This document shows, piece after piece, positions 8,939 through 17,866 of a stretch of DNA of 33,589 bases. This DNA is from a virus. Taxonomy: Duplodnaviria > Caudoviricetes. The notes beneath the pieces were generated by a model. That model was not told the origin of the DNA. It worked only from the letters and a program-made list of their open reading frames with translations, and searched no databases. The DNA lies in IMG/VR virus record IMGVR_UViG_3300005512_000170, positions 1 to 33,589 of that record. One strand, written 5' to 3'. Every line of letters starts with the position of its first letter. Positions within the stretch are counted from its first letter, which is position 1. Made by a program: the position numbers and the translations under genes.

Positions 8939-10971
8939 TGGCTTTTAATACAAATTTAGGCGCACAGAGTTTTACAGCAAGCGCAAGTCAGACAGTTTTT
9001 GACTTTAACTTTAAGATCTATAATCTAACAGATCTTAAGGTATTTCAAACAGCGAGTGGTGCTACTTTTGACGTAGTATCAGATGTACTTACCTATGAGG
9101 TAGATTACACAGTCACCATAGATGGAGATAATGGTGGGACAGTAACATTAGTTACAGGAGCGACTTTAAACGATACTATTAAGATCGTTAGAAATCTACC
9201 TCGTACACGTACTACAAGTTATATCACTAATGGTGATCTAAAGGCTGCCACTCTTAATGAGGATCAGGGTTATCAGACCCACCTTATTATAGATGGTTTT
9301 AATGGCACTTTATCTCTCCCTCGTACAGATATAACTATGAGTCCTGAGTTACCTACTGCAGTAGCAGGTCAATACCTAAGAGTAAAATCAGATAGTACGG
9401 GATTTGAGTATCAGCAGTTAGACGGTTTTATTACAGAGGATCAAACACTTACTTTAGATGTAGTATCCGAATTAACCCAAGCACTTGGGAATTTAAGTGT
9501 ATCAAAGGTAGCTATAGTAAAAGATTTAGATAGGGGAGGCACATTTATATATGACTCTAGTAAAGTAGGTGAAGATAACCAAGGTACTAACTTTAATGGA
9601 TGGATTAGACAGTATAGCGGTGATGTGCATGTAAAATGGTTTGACAGTTTTACTAATGCTATAAATGCTTTTGCTGGTACCGAGGGCACAGGATTTGGAG
9701 CAAATAGCGTAACTATAGATTTAGATAATACTACTGTCACCCTTAACTCAGATGTAAAAGTGCCCATCAACATAAGCATTATTAATGGCACTATTAATGG
9801 TAGCTTTAAATTAGTATTCAGAAACCCGTATATAGACAATACGTCTCTTCGTGGATATACAACGTATTGGGCGTATATGAAAACAATAGTTACAAATGTA
9901 AAATTTGGCTGCGTTGTTGTAATTAATAACTACATAGGATTAAAGTTTGCAGATTGCTATTTTGCCGGTGTTGTGCTTGTAAACAGTAATACACTTTGGA
10001 CTGAGTATTCACAATTTAGTAGATGTAGCTTCGGTCAAAATGCTTCTATCGGTGGGTGTATTCTATTTGATGGAAACAACTTAGGAGCATCTCCATACTC
10101 GTATGGTAGTGGAGCGGGTACAGCAGATGGAAGCTTTGGTTATACATCTTTTAGAGATTGCAAAATCGATAGTGCAGCTCCTGGGGTTGGAATAAAATTA
10201 ATTGGGTTTGCAGTACCTTATAATGGTACTTTTGAATTTAAAGGATATACTAGAGGTAATGAAGGTGCTTTCTTGTATATAGTACATGGTAGAGCTGGTA
10301 ATATCTTATTTAATGTCCACCTAGAATCGTTCGGAGCAAGTGCAAATATAATATCTGTAGAGGACAATGGTGCTATATGGTACTGTAGTGGTAACATTAA
10401 ATCGGCATCTCCTGAAATGAAAATGATACAAACAGCAGGTGCCGATTTAAGAGGAAATAATATTAATGTAATTGGATGTACACTTGCCGATAATTATGGG
10501 GATACTATATTTCAGGGTGATACATATAATTCTATTATAAGAAACAATGTGTCGCAAAGAGATTTTACTTTATCTAAGAAACCTATGTTTAAGCGAACAA
10601 TAACATCACCGTTTGGATTTAATTCAAATGTAACATCTGTAATATCTTTTGAGAATAATGAGTTTGATACATTAAGTAATACTTCATATACTACTTTTAC
10701 TTGCTCTATAAGGGGGCACTATTATATTTCTGCATTAATTGGGCTGAATACCACTTCATCGGCGCTTGCGGCTAAAATTTCGTTGTTTAAAAATGGAGCA
10801 GAAAATATAGTAGGCACATTAACTAAATCATACGAAGATCCTAGACTTATTGTCAATACATTATTATACTTACAAGAAGGGGACACAATAGATGTAAGGG
10901 TATATGTATTCGATAATGGGGGTGTCCCATCGGTAATAAATAAGTCTCAATTTTTAGGCTACTTGATTTAA
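8938..10971 (+). CDS. Tail fibre/tailspike (T7 gp17-like N-terminal anchor, probable beta-helix, C1q-like C-terminus)
   Basis: N-terminal FTASASQTVFDFNFKIY...YTVTIDGDNGGTVTL anchor; Gly/Asn-rich beta middle; C-terminal FTCSIRGHYYISA...LQEGDTIDVRVY...FLGYLI fits a C1q-like pattern. Confidence 0.8.
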   Translation: MAFNTNLGAQSFTASASQTVFDFNFKIYNLTDLKVFQTASGATFDVVSDVLTYEVDYTVTIDGDNGGTVTLVTGATLNDTIKIVRNLPRTRTTSYITNGDLKAATLNEDQGYQTHLIIDGFNGTLSLPRTDITMSPELPTAVAGQYLRVKSDSTGFEYQQLDGFITEDQTLTLDVVSELTQALGNLSVSKVAIVKDLDRGGTFIYDSSKVGEDNQGTNFNGWIRQYSGDVHVKWFDSFTNAINAFAGTEGTGFGANSVTIDLDNTTVTLNSDVKVPINISIINGTINGSFKLVFRNPYIDNTSLRGYTTYWAYMKTIVTNVKFGCVVVINNYIGLKFADCYFAGVVLVNSNTLWTEYSQFSRCSFGQNASIGGCILFDGNNLGASPYSYGSGAGTADGSFGYTSFRDCKIDSAAPGVGIKLIGFAVPYNGTFEFKGYTRGNEGAFLYIVHGRAGNILFNVHLESFGASANIISVEDNGAIWYCSGNIKSASPEMKMIQTAGADLRGNNINVIGCTLADNYGDTIFQGDTYNSIIRNNVSQRDFTLSKKPMFKRTITSPFGFNSNVTSVISFENNEFDTLSNTSYTTFTCSIRGHYYISALIGLNTTSSALAAKISLFKNGAENIVGTLTKSYEDPRLIVNTLLYLQEGDTIDVRVYVFDNGGVPSVINKSQFLGYLI

Positions 10972-10996
10972 AGAAGCTACAGAAAAAGCAAAGCTA

Positions 10997-11217
10997 TAAT
11001 AATAATAATGATGATGCAGTTTTAAAGGAGATGTGATGGAATTTTGGAGCGAGTACAGCATGGAAATTTTAGGGTTATTGTCGCCGATTATAGGAGCAGT
11101 CTTAATAATAATAATGATGATGCAGTTTTAAAGGAGATGTGATGGAATTTTTAAATTTAATATGGAGCGAGTACAGCATGGAAATTCTAGGGTTATTGTC
11201 ACCGATTATAGGAACAG
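10997..11217 (+). repeat. Imperfect tandem duplication of about 103/115 bp covering the RBS and 5' end of the putative holin
   Basis: 10997-11099 versus 11103-11217; they differ by a 12-nt indel and three substitutions. Confidence 0.92.
11036..11131 (+). CDS. 31-aa hydrophobic peptide created by the duplication (or a gene remnant)
   Basis: AAGGAG RBS, then MEFWSEYSMEILGLLSPIIGAVLIIIMMMQF*. Confidence 0.45.
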   Translation: MEFWSEYSMEILGLLSPIIGAVLIIIMMMQF

Positions 11218-11357
11218 CACTAATGTATGTGCTACCCCCTCAGTATGCTAAACCTGTTGCATGGGTTTTAGTTAAAGTTGCAGAGAAAGCAACCGATATA
11301 GCAGAGACTAAGGGGGGCGTGAGTAATAAAAAGCCTGAAAATGCCTCAGGAACATAA
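11139..11357 (+). CDS. Putative holin
   Basis: 72 aa, hydrophobic N-terminal half, charged C-terminus, AAGGAG RBS, in the endolysin cassette. Confidence 0.5.
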   Translation: MMEFLNLIWSEYSMEILGLLSPIIGTALMYVLPPQYAKPVAWVLVKVAEKATDIAETKGGVSNKKPENASGT

Positions 11358-11844
11358 GGATTGTGTGAAAGATATAGCAGAGTTATCCGCTAGCCTTTCT
11401 TCAGCGCATAAGCGACTAGATAGTCATCATAGAGCTATAACTAACACATCTGATTTAGTTTCGACTAACATGCAGATGTGTTTACCTGCAGTAGACAAGG
11501 CTAACGAAGCTTATAAGGCGGTACAAGTAGTGAGTAAAGAACTAGGTGAGCTTATAAGTGCCGTCAAAGCATTGCATAAGAGAAACGATCAGAAAGACAA
11601 AGACGATGCCATTTTCAAAAATAAAATAGATAAGCATTTAGAAGAGTACAACCAAAAGTTAATAGTTGATGCGATTAATGAAGGTGAATCTAAGATGGCA
11701 GGTAAAGTGTTTAACGCTCTATGGAGTGTCGGAGCTATAGCTTTTATAAGTTTTTGTGTGTGGTTAGTTACCCATATCACAGACACTGAAAAGAAATTAG
11801 AAACACATATAGCTTTTAGTAAATCAAAAAAGGAAGATCAATGA
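11341..11844 (+). CDS. Coiled-coil membrane protein (holin or lysis accessory candidate)
   Basis: 167 aa, SAHKRLD motif, coiled coil, one TM segment (ALWSVGAIAFISFCVWLV) near the C-terminus. Confidence 0.5.
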   Translation: MPQEHKDCVKDIAELSASLSSAHKRLDSHHRAITNTSDLVSTNMQMCLPAVDKANEAYKAVQVVSKELGELISAVKALHKRNDQKDKDDAIFKNKIDKHLEEYNQKLIVDAINEGESKMAGKVFNALWSVGAIAFISFCVWLVTHITDTEKKLETHIAFSKSKKEDQ

Positions 11845-12314
11845 ATAAATTACTATTAGGTCTAGTAGCAACATCTCTACTAGCTATAGAGACTATACCT
11901 TTCGCTGGTATGGCTATGCACACTAAAAGGTTTGAGAATGTACCGACTAGAGCAGATTCCCCTATGGGTATCTTTGGAATTAGAGCTACTACTAATTATT
12001 TTGATGCTTGGATTAATCACATTTCTTCTATACCTAACGTGGGCAGTGAAACACGAGGAATAAACCTATTAGGTTGTACTCTTAAAGCTCCTATAGGTAA
12101 TACTGAGCCATATATAGGTTACTTCTACCATAATGAGGAATTCGATGGTAAATATTATTCTGAGCAGTTTAGTGAGTATCAGTATCGGGTAGGTGTTCGT
12201 TATCACTATGATGGTGATAGAACTTTATTTATTGATTACTTAGATAGTGTAGATAGCTCTAAAGCAGATATGCTATCTTATGGTTTCACTTGGGAATTTA
12301 AGGATGTTATGTAA
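11841..12314 (+). CDS. Secreted protein, probable outer-membrane beta-barrel
   Basis: Signal peptide MNKLLLGLVATSLLA; alternating amphipathic strands (YQYRVGVRYHY, LSYGFTWEF). Confidence 0.6.
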   Translation: MNKLLLGLVATSLLAIETIPFAGMAMHTKRFENVPTRADSPMGIFGIRATTNYFDAWINHISSIPNVGSETRGINLLGCTLKAPIGNTEPYIGYFYHNEEFDGKYYSEQFSEYQYRVGVRYHYDGDRTLFIDYLDSVDSSKADMLSYGFTWEFKDVM

Positions 12315-12664
12315 TGGGTGATTTAAGTAAGAATTTTAGTAGACATGAATTTTCTTGCAGTTGCGGGTGCGGGTTTGATACTGTTGATGCTGAGTTATTA
12401 GACGTTTTGCAGAGTGTTAGAGACCATTTTGGTAAACCTGTTAAAATTAATAGTGCTTGCAGATGCGATATTCATAATCTTAACGTAGGCGGAACTTCTA
12501 ACTCTCAACATAGATTAGGTAGAGCAGCAGATATTGATGTTAGTGACATATCGCCTACTCAGGTACAAGCGTATCTAATAGCTAAGTATCCTTATACTTT
12601 TGGTATAGGTGTGTATGATAACTTCACTCATATCGATACAAGAACGCAAAGAGCTAGATGGTAG
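12314..12664 (+). CDS. Endolysin, peptidase M15A family (Zn peptidase)
   Basis: LSKNFSRHEFSCSCGCG, INSACRCDIHN, SQHRLGRAADI and FTHIDTR motifs. Confidence 0.9.
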   Translation: MGDLSKNFSRHEFSCSCGCGFDTVDAELLDVLQSVRDHFGKPVKINSACRCDIHNLNVGGTSNSQHRLGRAADIDVSDISPTQVQAYLIAKYPYTFGIGVYDNFTHIDTRTQRARW

Positions 12665-12923
12665 AGAGTAGATCCTCTACCTCTTCTACTGATCTCGCTA
12701 TAATTCCTACTCCTGCTGCTTTATGAATCTGTTTAATGTTACGCTCTTGAAGTGGTGATATTATTCCTGTAGGGGTCTTTACCTCTATAGCAATGAACTT
12801 CCCTTTAACACATGCTATGAGGTCAGGAACTCCGCTGCTAGTAGCTGTAATGACTTTAATAATATAACCGCCATGAGATCTAACGAGATCGATGATCTTC
12901 TTTTGGATAACACTCTCTTTCAT
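12654..12923 (-). CDS. VRR-NUC domain nuclease (PD-(D/E)xK)
   Basis: MKESVIQKKI, GVPDLI, FIAIEVKTPTG..SPLQ; start taken at MKES (the track extends to 12941). Confidence 0.88.
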   Translation of the reverse strand: MKESVIQKKIIDLVRSHGGYIIKVITATSSGVPDLIACVKGKFIAIEVKTPTGIISPLQERNIKQIHKAAGVGIIARSVEEVEDLLSTI

Positions 12924-14125
12924 TTTAACCCTTTGTACCATTTTGTTGTAAAGTTATTCTTATTAGATACTGCTTTGTAGACATATTCGTCAATACCACT
13001 TATTAGAAAGTGTATTATAACTTCCTCTTTACGTGTCATAAAATTTAGTTGTCTACCGATAACCTGCTGATAAGTTGCTGCGCTAAAACCCATACTATAT
13101 ATAATCATGTTCTTGTAGTGACTATAATCAACACCATCACTATTTTTAGTTATTGATCCTACGTGAGGAAAGATATTAGATAGATGGTCCTGTTCTGCAA
13201 TATAAAAAGCTAAGATGATTGTGTCGTTAGGATCAAAATGATCTTTGATGTATTGAACTTTATTACTATCAACTTGAAAGATCTTAGGAGTTTCATCAAG
13301 ATCTACAGCATTAACAAAACCTCCTGATACCTGATGCAACTTCTGTAGATACTTGCTTGCAGTATCACATACGATACTATACTCACTATCTACCTCATAA
13401 ATCTTTAACTTATCTAACGAGTTATAGATAGCTACTTGATGAGGTGTTAGAGGTACTTTATGTAATTTATCTGTAGGCTCGTAGATATGCCCTGCTTCTT
13501 TACGTGTCATAGATACAATTAAGTGATCTATATCTCTTTGAATAAGATCATCCTTAACTCTATCTCTACCGATCGCAGTACGTGGGGACTTTGTTTTATC
13601 ATTCCACCCTATCACAATGTCATATGGTATCCCATAATCTTTATGCCATTTATTGTAAGCTAGTACACGCCCTGGTAAACTCTCGTATCTCTTCCAAGGA
13701 CTATAATTTGATACTGCTAACATATTAAAGAGCATTGCAAAACTCTCAGGAGTAGGAGTACCGCTGCTAAAAATTACATAAGATGCTTTACTAGCTATTC
13801 TATGAATATCTCTCCATAACTTAGATCTCTTCCCTATAGAGCTGATATATCGGTGACACTCATCTAATACTACTACATCATAAATAGGATCAAGTTTGCA
13901 AGCCTGGTGATAGTTGGTCACATTAGGAGTGAACTTTTTTACACCTTCTATAGCACCTTTTTTAGTAATAACTATATAGTCATCTTTAGAGAGATCTTTC
14001 GCAGCTTGTACAAAAGCAGCGGTTTTACCCGATCTTACCTCACCTGCAAATAAGCATATACGATAGAGATTAAGTTTTCTTTTAATAGATTTTGCTTTTA
14101 ACTCTTGATGTTTAAGTAATTTCAT
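12920..14125 (-). CDS. SF2 (SNF2-like) DNA helicase
   Basis: Walker A GEVRSGKT, DECH, SGTP and QQVIGR; start taken at MKLLKHQ (the track extends to 14161). Confidence 0.85.
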   Translation of the reverse strand: MKLLKHQELKAKSIKRKLNLYRICLFAGEVRSGKTAAFVQAAKDLSKDDYIVITKKGAIEGVKKFTPNVTNYHQACKLDPIYDVVVLDECHRYISSIGKRSKLWRDIHRIASKASYVIFSSGTPTPESFAMLFNMLAVSNYSPWKRYESLPGRVLAYNKWHKDYGIPYDIVIGWNDKTKSPRTAIGRDRVKDDLIQRDIDHLIVSMTRKEAGHIYEPTDKLHKVPLTPHQVAIYNSLDKLKIYEVDSEYSIVCDTASKYLQKLHQVSGGFVNAVDLDETPKIFQVDSNKVQYIKDHFDPNDTIILAFYIAEQDHLSNIFPHVGSITKNSDGVDYSHYKNMIIYSMGFSAATYQQVIGRQLNFMTRKEEVIIHFLISGIDEYVYKAVSNKNNFTTKWYKGLK

Positions 14126-14198
14126 TGTATACTCTTTGATGTAGCACTCCTTTGCGATCATATTCAGCTACAAAATAATGCTTCTCTTTAGAGAGGGA

Positions 14199-14438
14199 TT
14201 AGTCTCCCCTCTCTATTAATCTCTCTATATAATGAATAGCTTTTTTTAGATCTTCAACTCCGTTTTTTTCTTTGTATCTAAGTAGATACTTCAGCGCATT
14301 ACCTTCGTAAAAATCTAACTTATGAGCATCTATGATATCCCAAGGTTGAATCTTCATCTCTTTATAATGAGATCCTCCTACTTGTTTATCAGTAGTAGAT
14401 GCGACAATCTCTCCTTTTTCGTTTAAGATAGGTTCCAT
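14199..14438 (-). CDS. DUF3310 protein (T7 gp1.7 nucleotide kinase-like)
   Basis: QVGGSHYK, FYEGNALKYLLRYKEKNGVEDLKKAIHY. Confidence 0.88.
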   Translation of the reverse strand: MEPILNEKGEIVASTTDKQVGGSHYKEMKIQPWDIIDAHKLDFYEGNALKYLLRYKEKNGVEDLKKAIHYIERLIERGD

Positions 14439-15280
14439 AGTTTTACTTTCCTTCCATTAAATTGATCTAGACCTACTAACCTACGTGTGAGGATAGCATC
14501 TTCTTTAGTATAACCTTTTCTTTCATAGATCTCTATGACATCTCTAAAAGTTGGTTTATCTATCTTGTGGAGTAGTTTAGTTTTCATACCTACCCCTTTG
14601 ATACCTGGTATATCGTCTGTAGAGTCACCTGCTAGGCATTGTAATAGTAAAAACTTATTACGATCCTCTTCAGTATTAATAACTACCTTCTCATGTGCTG
14701 CATGATAGAAGTAACACGAAGGTGTAGAATACACTACATCTTTATCACCACTTGCAATAGGGTGTCCTTGGGTAGACATATAGTACACATAATCATCGGC
14801 TTCGATCCCTTCAGGTGTATATCCTAAAGATCTCGCATATCTCTCTAACCTCTTTAACGTAGTAGTTTTTTCTAAGTTCTTACGTGACTTTTTGTAATCA
14901 GGATATATATCATATCTGAAGTTAGTCTTAGGGGTGAATATGAGCTTGTAATCTTTGAACTTAGGTAGCTCTTTACGATATGATGCTAGTTCGCACTCTA
15001 GAACTACAGCCTCCACACGATCTCTAAAAACTTGCTTATAGTCATTAAAGCGTATCCCTATCTCATCACCTATAAAGTCACCCTCTTCAGCTTTACACGG
15101 ATTAGTTAGTGTCTTATTATATGCAGCGTAATAGACTAAACTATCTGCATCTATATAGAGAGTCTTATCACTTTTGTTACTAGCTCTCATCTCCTCTAAG
15201 TGATCTAATGGATCACCATGATACCCCATAGCATACTCCCAAGCCATATGCTCTTGGTGATCTACTTCATACAACCCCAT
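14423..15280 (-). CDS. 5'-3' exonuclease (T7 gp6 / PolI N-terminal-like)
   Basis: IDADSLVY, NFRYDIYPDYKKSR, IEADD, SGDKD and GDSTDDIPGIKGVG. Confidence 0.9.
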   Translation of the reverse strand: MGLYEVDHQEHMAWEYAMGYHGDPLDHLEEMRASNKSDKTLYIDADSLVYYAAYNKTLTNPCKAEEGDFIGDEIGIRFNDYKQVFRDRVEAVVLECELASYRKELPKFKDYKLIFTPKTNFRYDIYPDYKKSRKNLEKTTTLKRLERYARSLGYTPEGIEADDYVYYMSTQGHPIASGDKDVVYSTPSCYFYHAAHEKVVINTEEDRNKFLLLQCLAGDSTDDIPGIKGVGMKTKLLHKIDKPTFRDVIEIYERKGYTKEDAILTRRLVGLDQFNGRKVKLWNLS

Positions 15281-17177
15281 AACTAACTCCTAGGTTTTCA
15301 AAATGTTCTACAGCTAAAGCGATATACTTATCATAATCTAAGTCTTTGGGTACGTAACGTGTCAGATCCATCATAGGTTTAGCTCCATCGGTCTTACCTA
15401 CTTTGTTACCTGTTTTATAGAATATCGCTGAGGTGCTGTTTATGCTGTAGTACCATCTAACAACTTTACCTAAGTATATTGATTTGTCAGATTCTAATAT
15501 AAACTTCTTTTTGTGATCTTCATTACGTTTAGCTACTGCTTTAACTTTAAGCTCGCCTTTATCTAATATGTGATTGGTGTACTCTTCTGTATCAGGGATC
15601 TCTTCAGGATAGTATATAGCCCCGCCTTTAACCTTTACGCTGCTGGTAAACATCGCTACATCTTTACAATTATAGATAGTATCTTCTAAGGGAGTTCCGT
15701 TGGCAATATAATCTCTAATTGCTTTATGCACAATAGGATATTCTATATTCTTACTTAGTTTAGGTACTGCATCTTGGGGGTCTAAGTAACACCCTTTTGC
15801 TTTAGTCTTACCGCCTGGGTATAAGGCAATGTAGTTATTCACATCTCTAGCGAATAGAGCATTGTATTGCCCGAACTCCATCTCCATCTCAGTAATATAT
15901 TCCCACTCACCTACGATCTCTTTAAGAGTATTAATCTTATACTTTTTATGCAGCACTTCCACACCATCGGTGTTAGAGGATACTACTTTAAATCCATTTT
16001 TCTCTAACATCTCGATTAACATTAGTAAGTAAAGTTGTCCGGTGAACGTAACCCCTAATAGTAAGTTTGGATCATAAAGGAAGCTATACTTATTACCAAA
16101 CTTGCCATAAGATCCGTTTAATACAATCTTCAACACGTTATTAGTAACACTATCTCCGTTGCGTTTAGCTTCTAATCTCTCCTTCTTAATATTAGAATAG
16201 ACATCTAAGAACTTCTTAGTGAGTTGTTTAGGATACAATTTTAAAGAGATAATCAGCGAAGGATAATAACTCGCAACGTCCACGTTAGACAACATCTCAT
16301 CTTCTTTAGGTATCACTACTAATTGTTTATCTTTGGAGTGTAGTCCTCCTAATCCTATGTTGTACTCAGTATCTCCTATGCTGATAGTAGTATCTTTTAA
16401 CCACTTAGGCAGCATCGGAGATCCGTTTGATGCTAGTTCTATATCACTCTCTTCTATCCTATCTACTATCTCATTAAGATCTTCACGATCAAACGCTACT
16501 GATTCAGGAGCTACATACTTAACGACTTTAGGTACTTCGCCTCTCTTAACATTAACACCATGTTCTGTTAGCTCATGTCTGAAGATAGCTTCTGCGATCT
16601 GAGCATCACTTTTACTCATAACATCTATGTTATACTTATTAGAGATCTGTTTTCTTAGGTCAATCTCAGGAGTGAGCTTAGTGTATAAGTCTAGTGTTAG
16701 ATTTAAATCATTAACATTATAAAGATTCACTTGATCTATCTGTTCATCATTAAGTTTCACGTGAGGATCATAAGGCAGATCTTGTAACTTCTTAGAGTTC
16801 ATACGTGCCCCATACTCTTTAAGACCTACTCTATTACCGAAAGCAATGTCTATTAAGTCTATAGAGTATACTTTCCTGTTCACGTTTAACTTATCAAATA
16901 CTTCCCACCATTGGTAAGAACTCTCTATAAGCTGCTTTGACTTCTTATACACACTATTACAATCACGACCTGCTAACATCAAGCTCGTCATAACATCATC
17001 GTAACCTTTAGAGTTAAAACCTATAACACCTACGTTTAGCACTCTCTTAATACGTTTAATATCTGCTGAGCTAAAAGCACTTTCCTTAGTCCAAAACTGC
17101 TTTACTCTCTTAGTCTTAACACTCATAAAGCCTATACTCATATAGTTAGGATATACCTCTACGTCATATACATACAC
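15267..17177 (-). CDS. DNA polymerase, family B-type, with 3'-5' exonuclease domain
   Basis: Exo YDVEVY and GFNSKGYDD; polymerase DVASYYPS, KIVLNGSYGKFG, SNTDG and RDVNNY. Confidence 0.88.
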   Translation of the reverse strand: MYVYDVEVYPNYMSIGFMSVKTKRVKQFWTKESAFSSADIKRIKRVLNVGVIGFNSKGYDDVMTSLMLAGRDCNSVYKKSKQLIESSYQWWEVFDKLNVNRKVYSIDLIDIAFGNRVGLKEYGARMNSKKLQDLPYDPHVKLNDEQIDQVNLYNVNDLNLTLDLYTKLTPEIDLRKQISNKYNIDVMSKSDAQIAEAIFRHELTEHGVNVKRGEVPKVVKYVAPESVAFDREDLNEIVDRIEESDIELASNGSPMLPKWLKDTTISIGDTEYNIGLGGLHSKDKQLVVIPKEDEMLSNVDVASYYPSLIISLKLYPKQLTKKFLDVYSNIKKERLEAKRNGDSVTNNVLKIVLNGSYGKFGNKYSFLYDPNLLLGVTFTGQLYLLMLIEMLEKNGFKVVSSNTDGVEVLHKKYKINTLKEIVGEWEYITEMEMEFGQYNALFARDVNNYIALYPGGKTKAKGCYLDPQDAVPKLSKNIEYPIVHKAIRDYIANGTPLEDTIYNCKDVAMFTSSVKVKGGAIYYPEEIPDTEEYTNHILDKGELKVKAVAKRNEDHKKKFILESDKSIYLGKVVRWYYSINSTSAIFYKTGNKVGKTDGAKPMMDLTRYVPKDLDYDKYIALAVEHFENLGVSYGVV

Positions 17178-17197
17178 TTCTAACTCCTTGCATTAAC

Positions 17198-17224
17198 TAA
17201 AGAAGATGCTCCGAAGAGCACCCT
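17198..17224 (-). terminator. Intrinsic terminator-like hairpin after SSB (hairpin family copy 2)
   Basis: Minus strand GGTGCTC-TTCG-GAGCATC followed by TTCTTT. Confidence 0.7.
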
Positions 17225-17229
17225 ATTAA

Positions 17230-17865
17230 TTAACCTCTACGTGATCGTCTTGATCGTCTTGTAGGAGTTTCCTCTTCCTCATCTACTTCTGTAGATCCTG
17301 GAATATCAAACCCTTCGAAACCACCATCTTCCTCAGCAGCAGGAGCATTATCAAACTCATAAGGAACAAAATTATTAGTAATCTGTACACCTGTTAGCCA
17401 TATTGTATAGCCATATTCTAACTTAGCAGCCTTACCTCTCGTCCATTGTTTCATGTTACCTAATATCTTACCTTCGGTGCCTGATCCTATACCTGTACCT
17501 TCAGGTAGTTGGATCTTTTTACCTCTTGTGTTATAGATATTAATATTACGATCGTTAATGTTTCCATCTCTATCTTCCCACTTAGTAGAAGTCTTACTAT
17601 ATAACCACGCTTTACCCTCAGGGATCTTCTCGTAATCCTCAGTAGTTTGATATGGAACTTTAGAAGGTTCTTTACCATTAATCTCAGTTTCATCGATATA
17701 CTTATCAATCTCATTAATGATAGGAGAATCTAAGTCTACTTCTAGAGTAGCTAAGTATTCATAGTTACCTGGGTTGTTATCATTTTCAACACCCTCACCT
17801 ACTACTGCACAGAACTTAAAGGTTCCTTTTGTTGATTCGATTCTTAATCCATTATCTTTTGCCAT
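17230..17865 (-). CDS. Single-stranded DNA-binding protein (T7 gp2.5-like) with atypical Arg-rich end
   Basis: IGSGTEGKI and YTIWLTGVQI motifs, acidic tail, next to the DNA polymerase. Confidence 0.75.
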   Translation of the reverse strand: MAKDNGLRIESTKGTFKFCAVVGEGVENDNNPGNYEYLATLEVDLDSPIINEIDKYIDETEINGKEPSKVPYQTTEDYEKIPEGKAWLYSKTSTKWEDRDGNINDRNINIYNTRGKKIQLPEGTGIGSGTEGKILGNMKQWTRGKAAKLEYGYTIWLTGVQITNNFVPYEFDNAPAAEEDGGFEGFDIPGSTEVDEEEETPTRRSRRSRRG

Positions 17866-17866
17866 T

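Noticed and set aside
10997-11217. Diversity-generating retroelement TR/VR pair near the tail fibre
   Set aside because: No reverse transcriptase gene, the repeat is outside the fibre coding sequence, and the differences include a T/C change and a 12-nt indel.
12654-12664. Terminator where the two arms converge
   Set aside because: The endolysin and VRR-NUC 3' ends simply overlap by 11 bp and I saw no convincing hairpin.
14126-14198. Possible riboregulator upstream of the helicase (TGTAGC/GCTACA stem)
   Set aside because: The stems are short and could be chance, and the segment may be coding if the upstream start is used.
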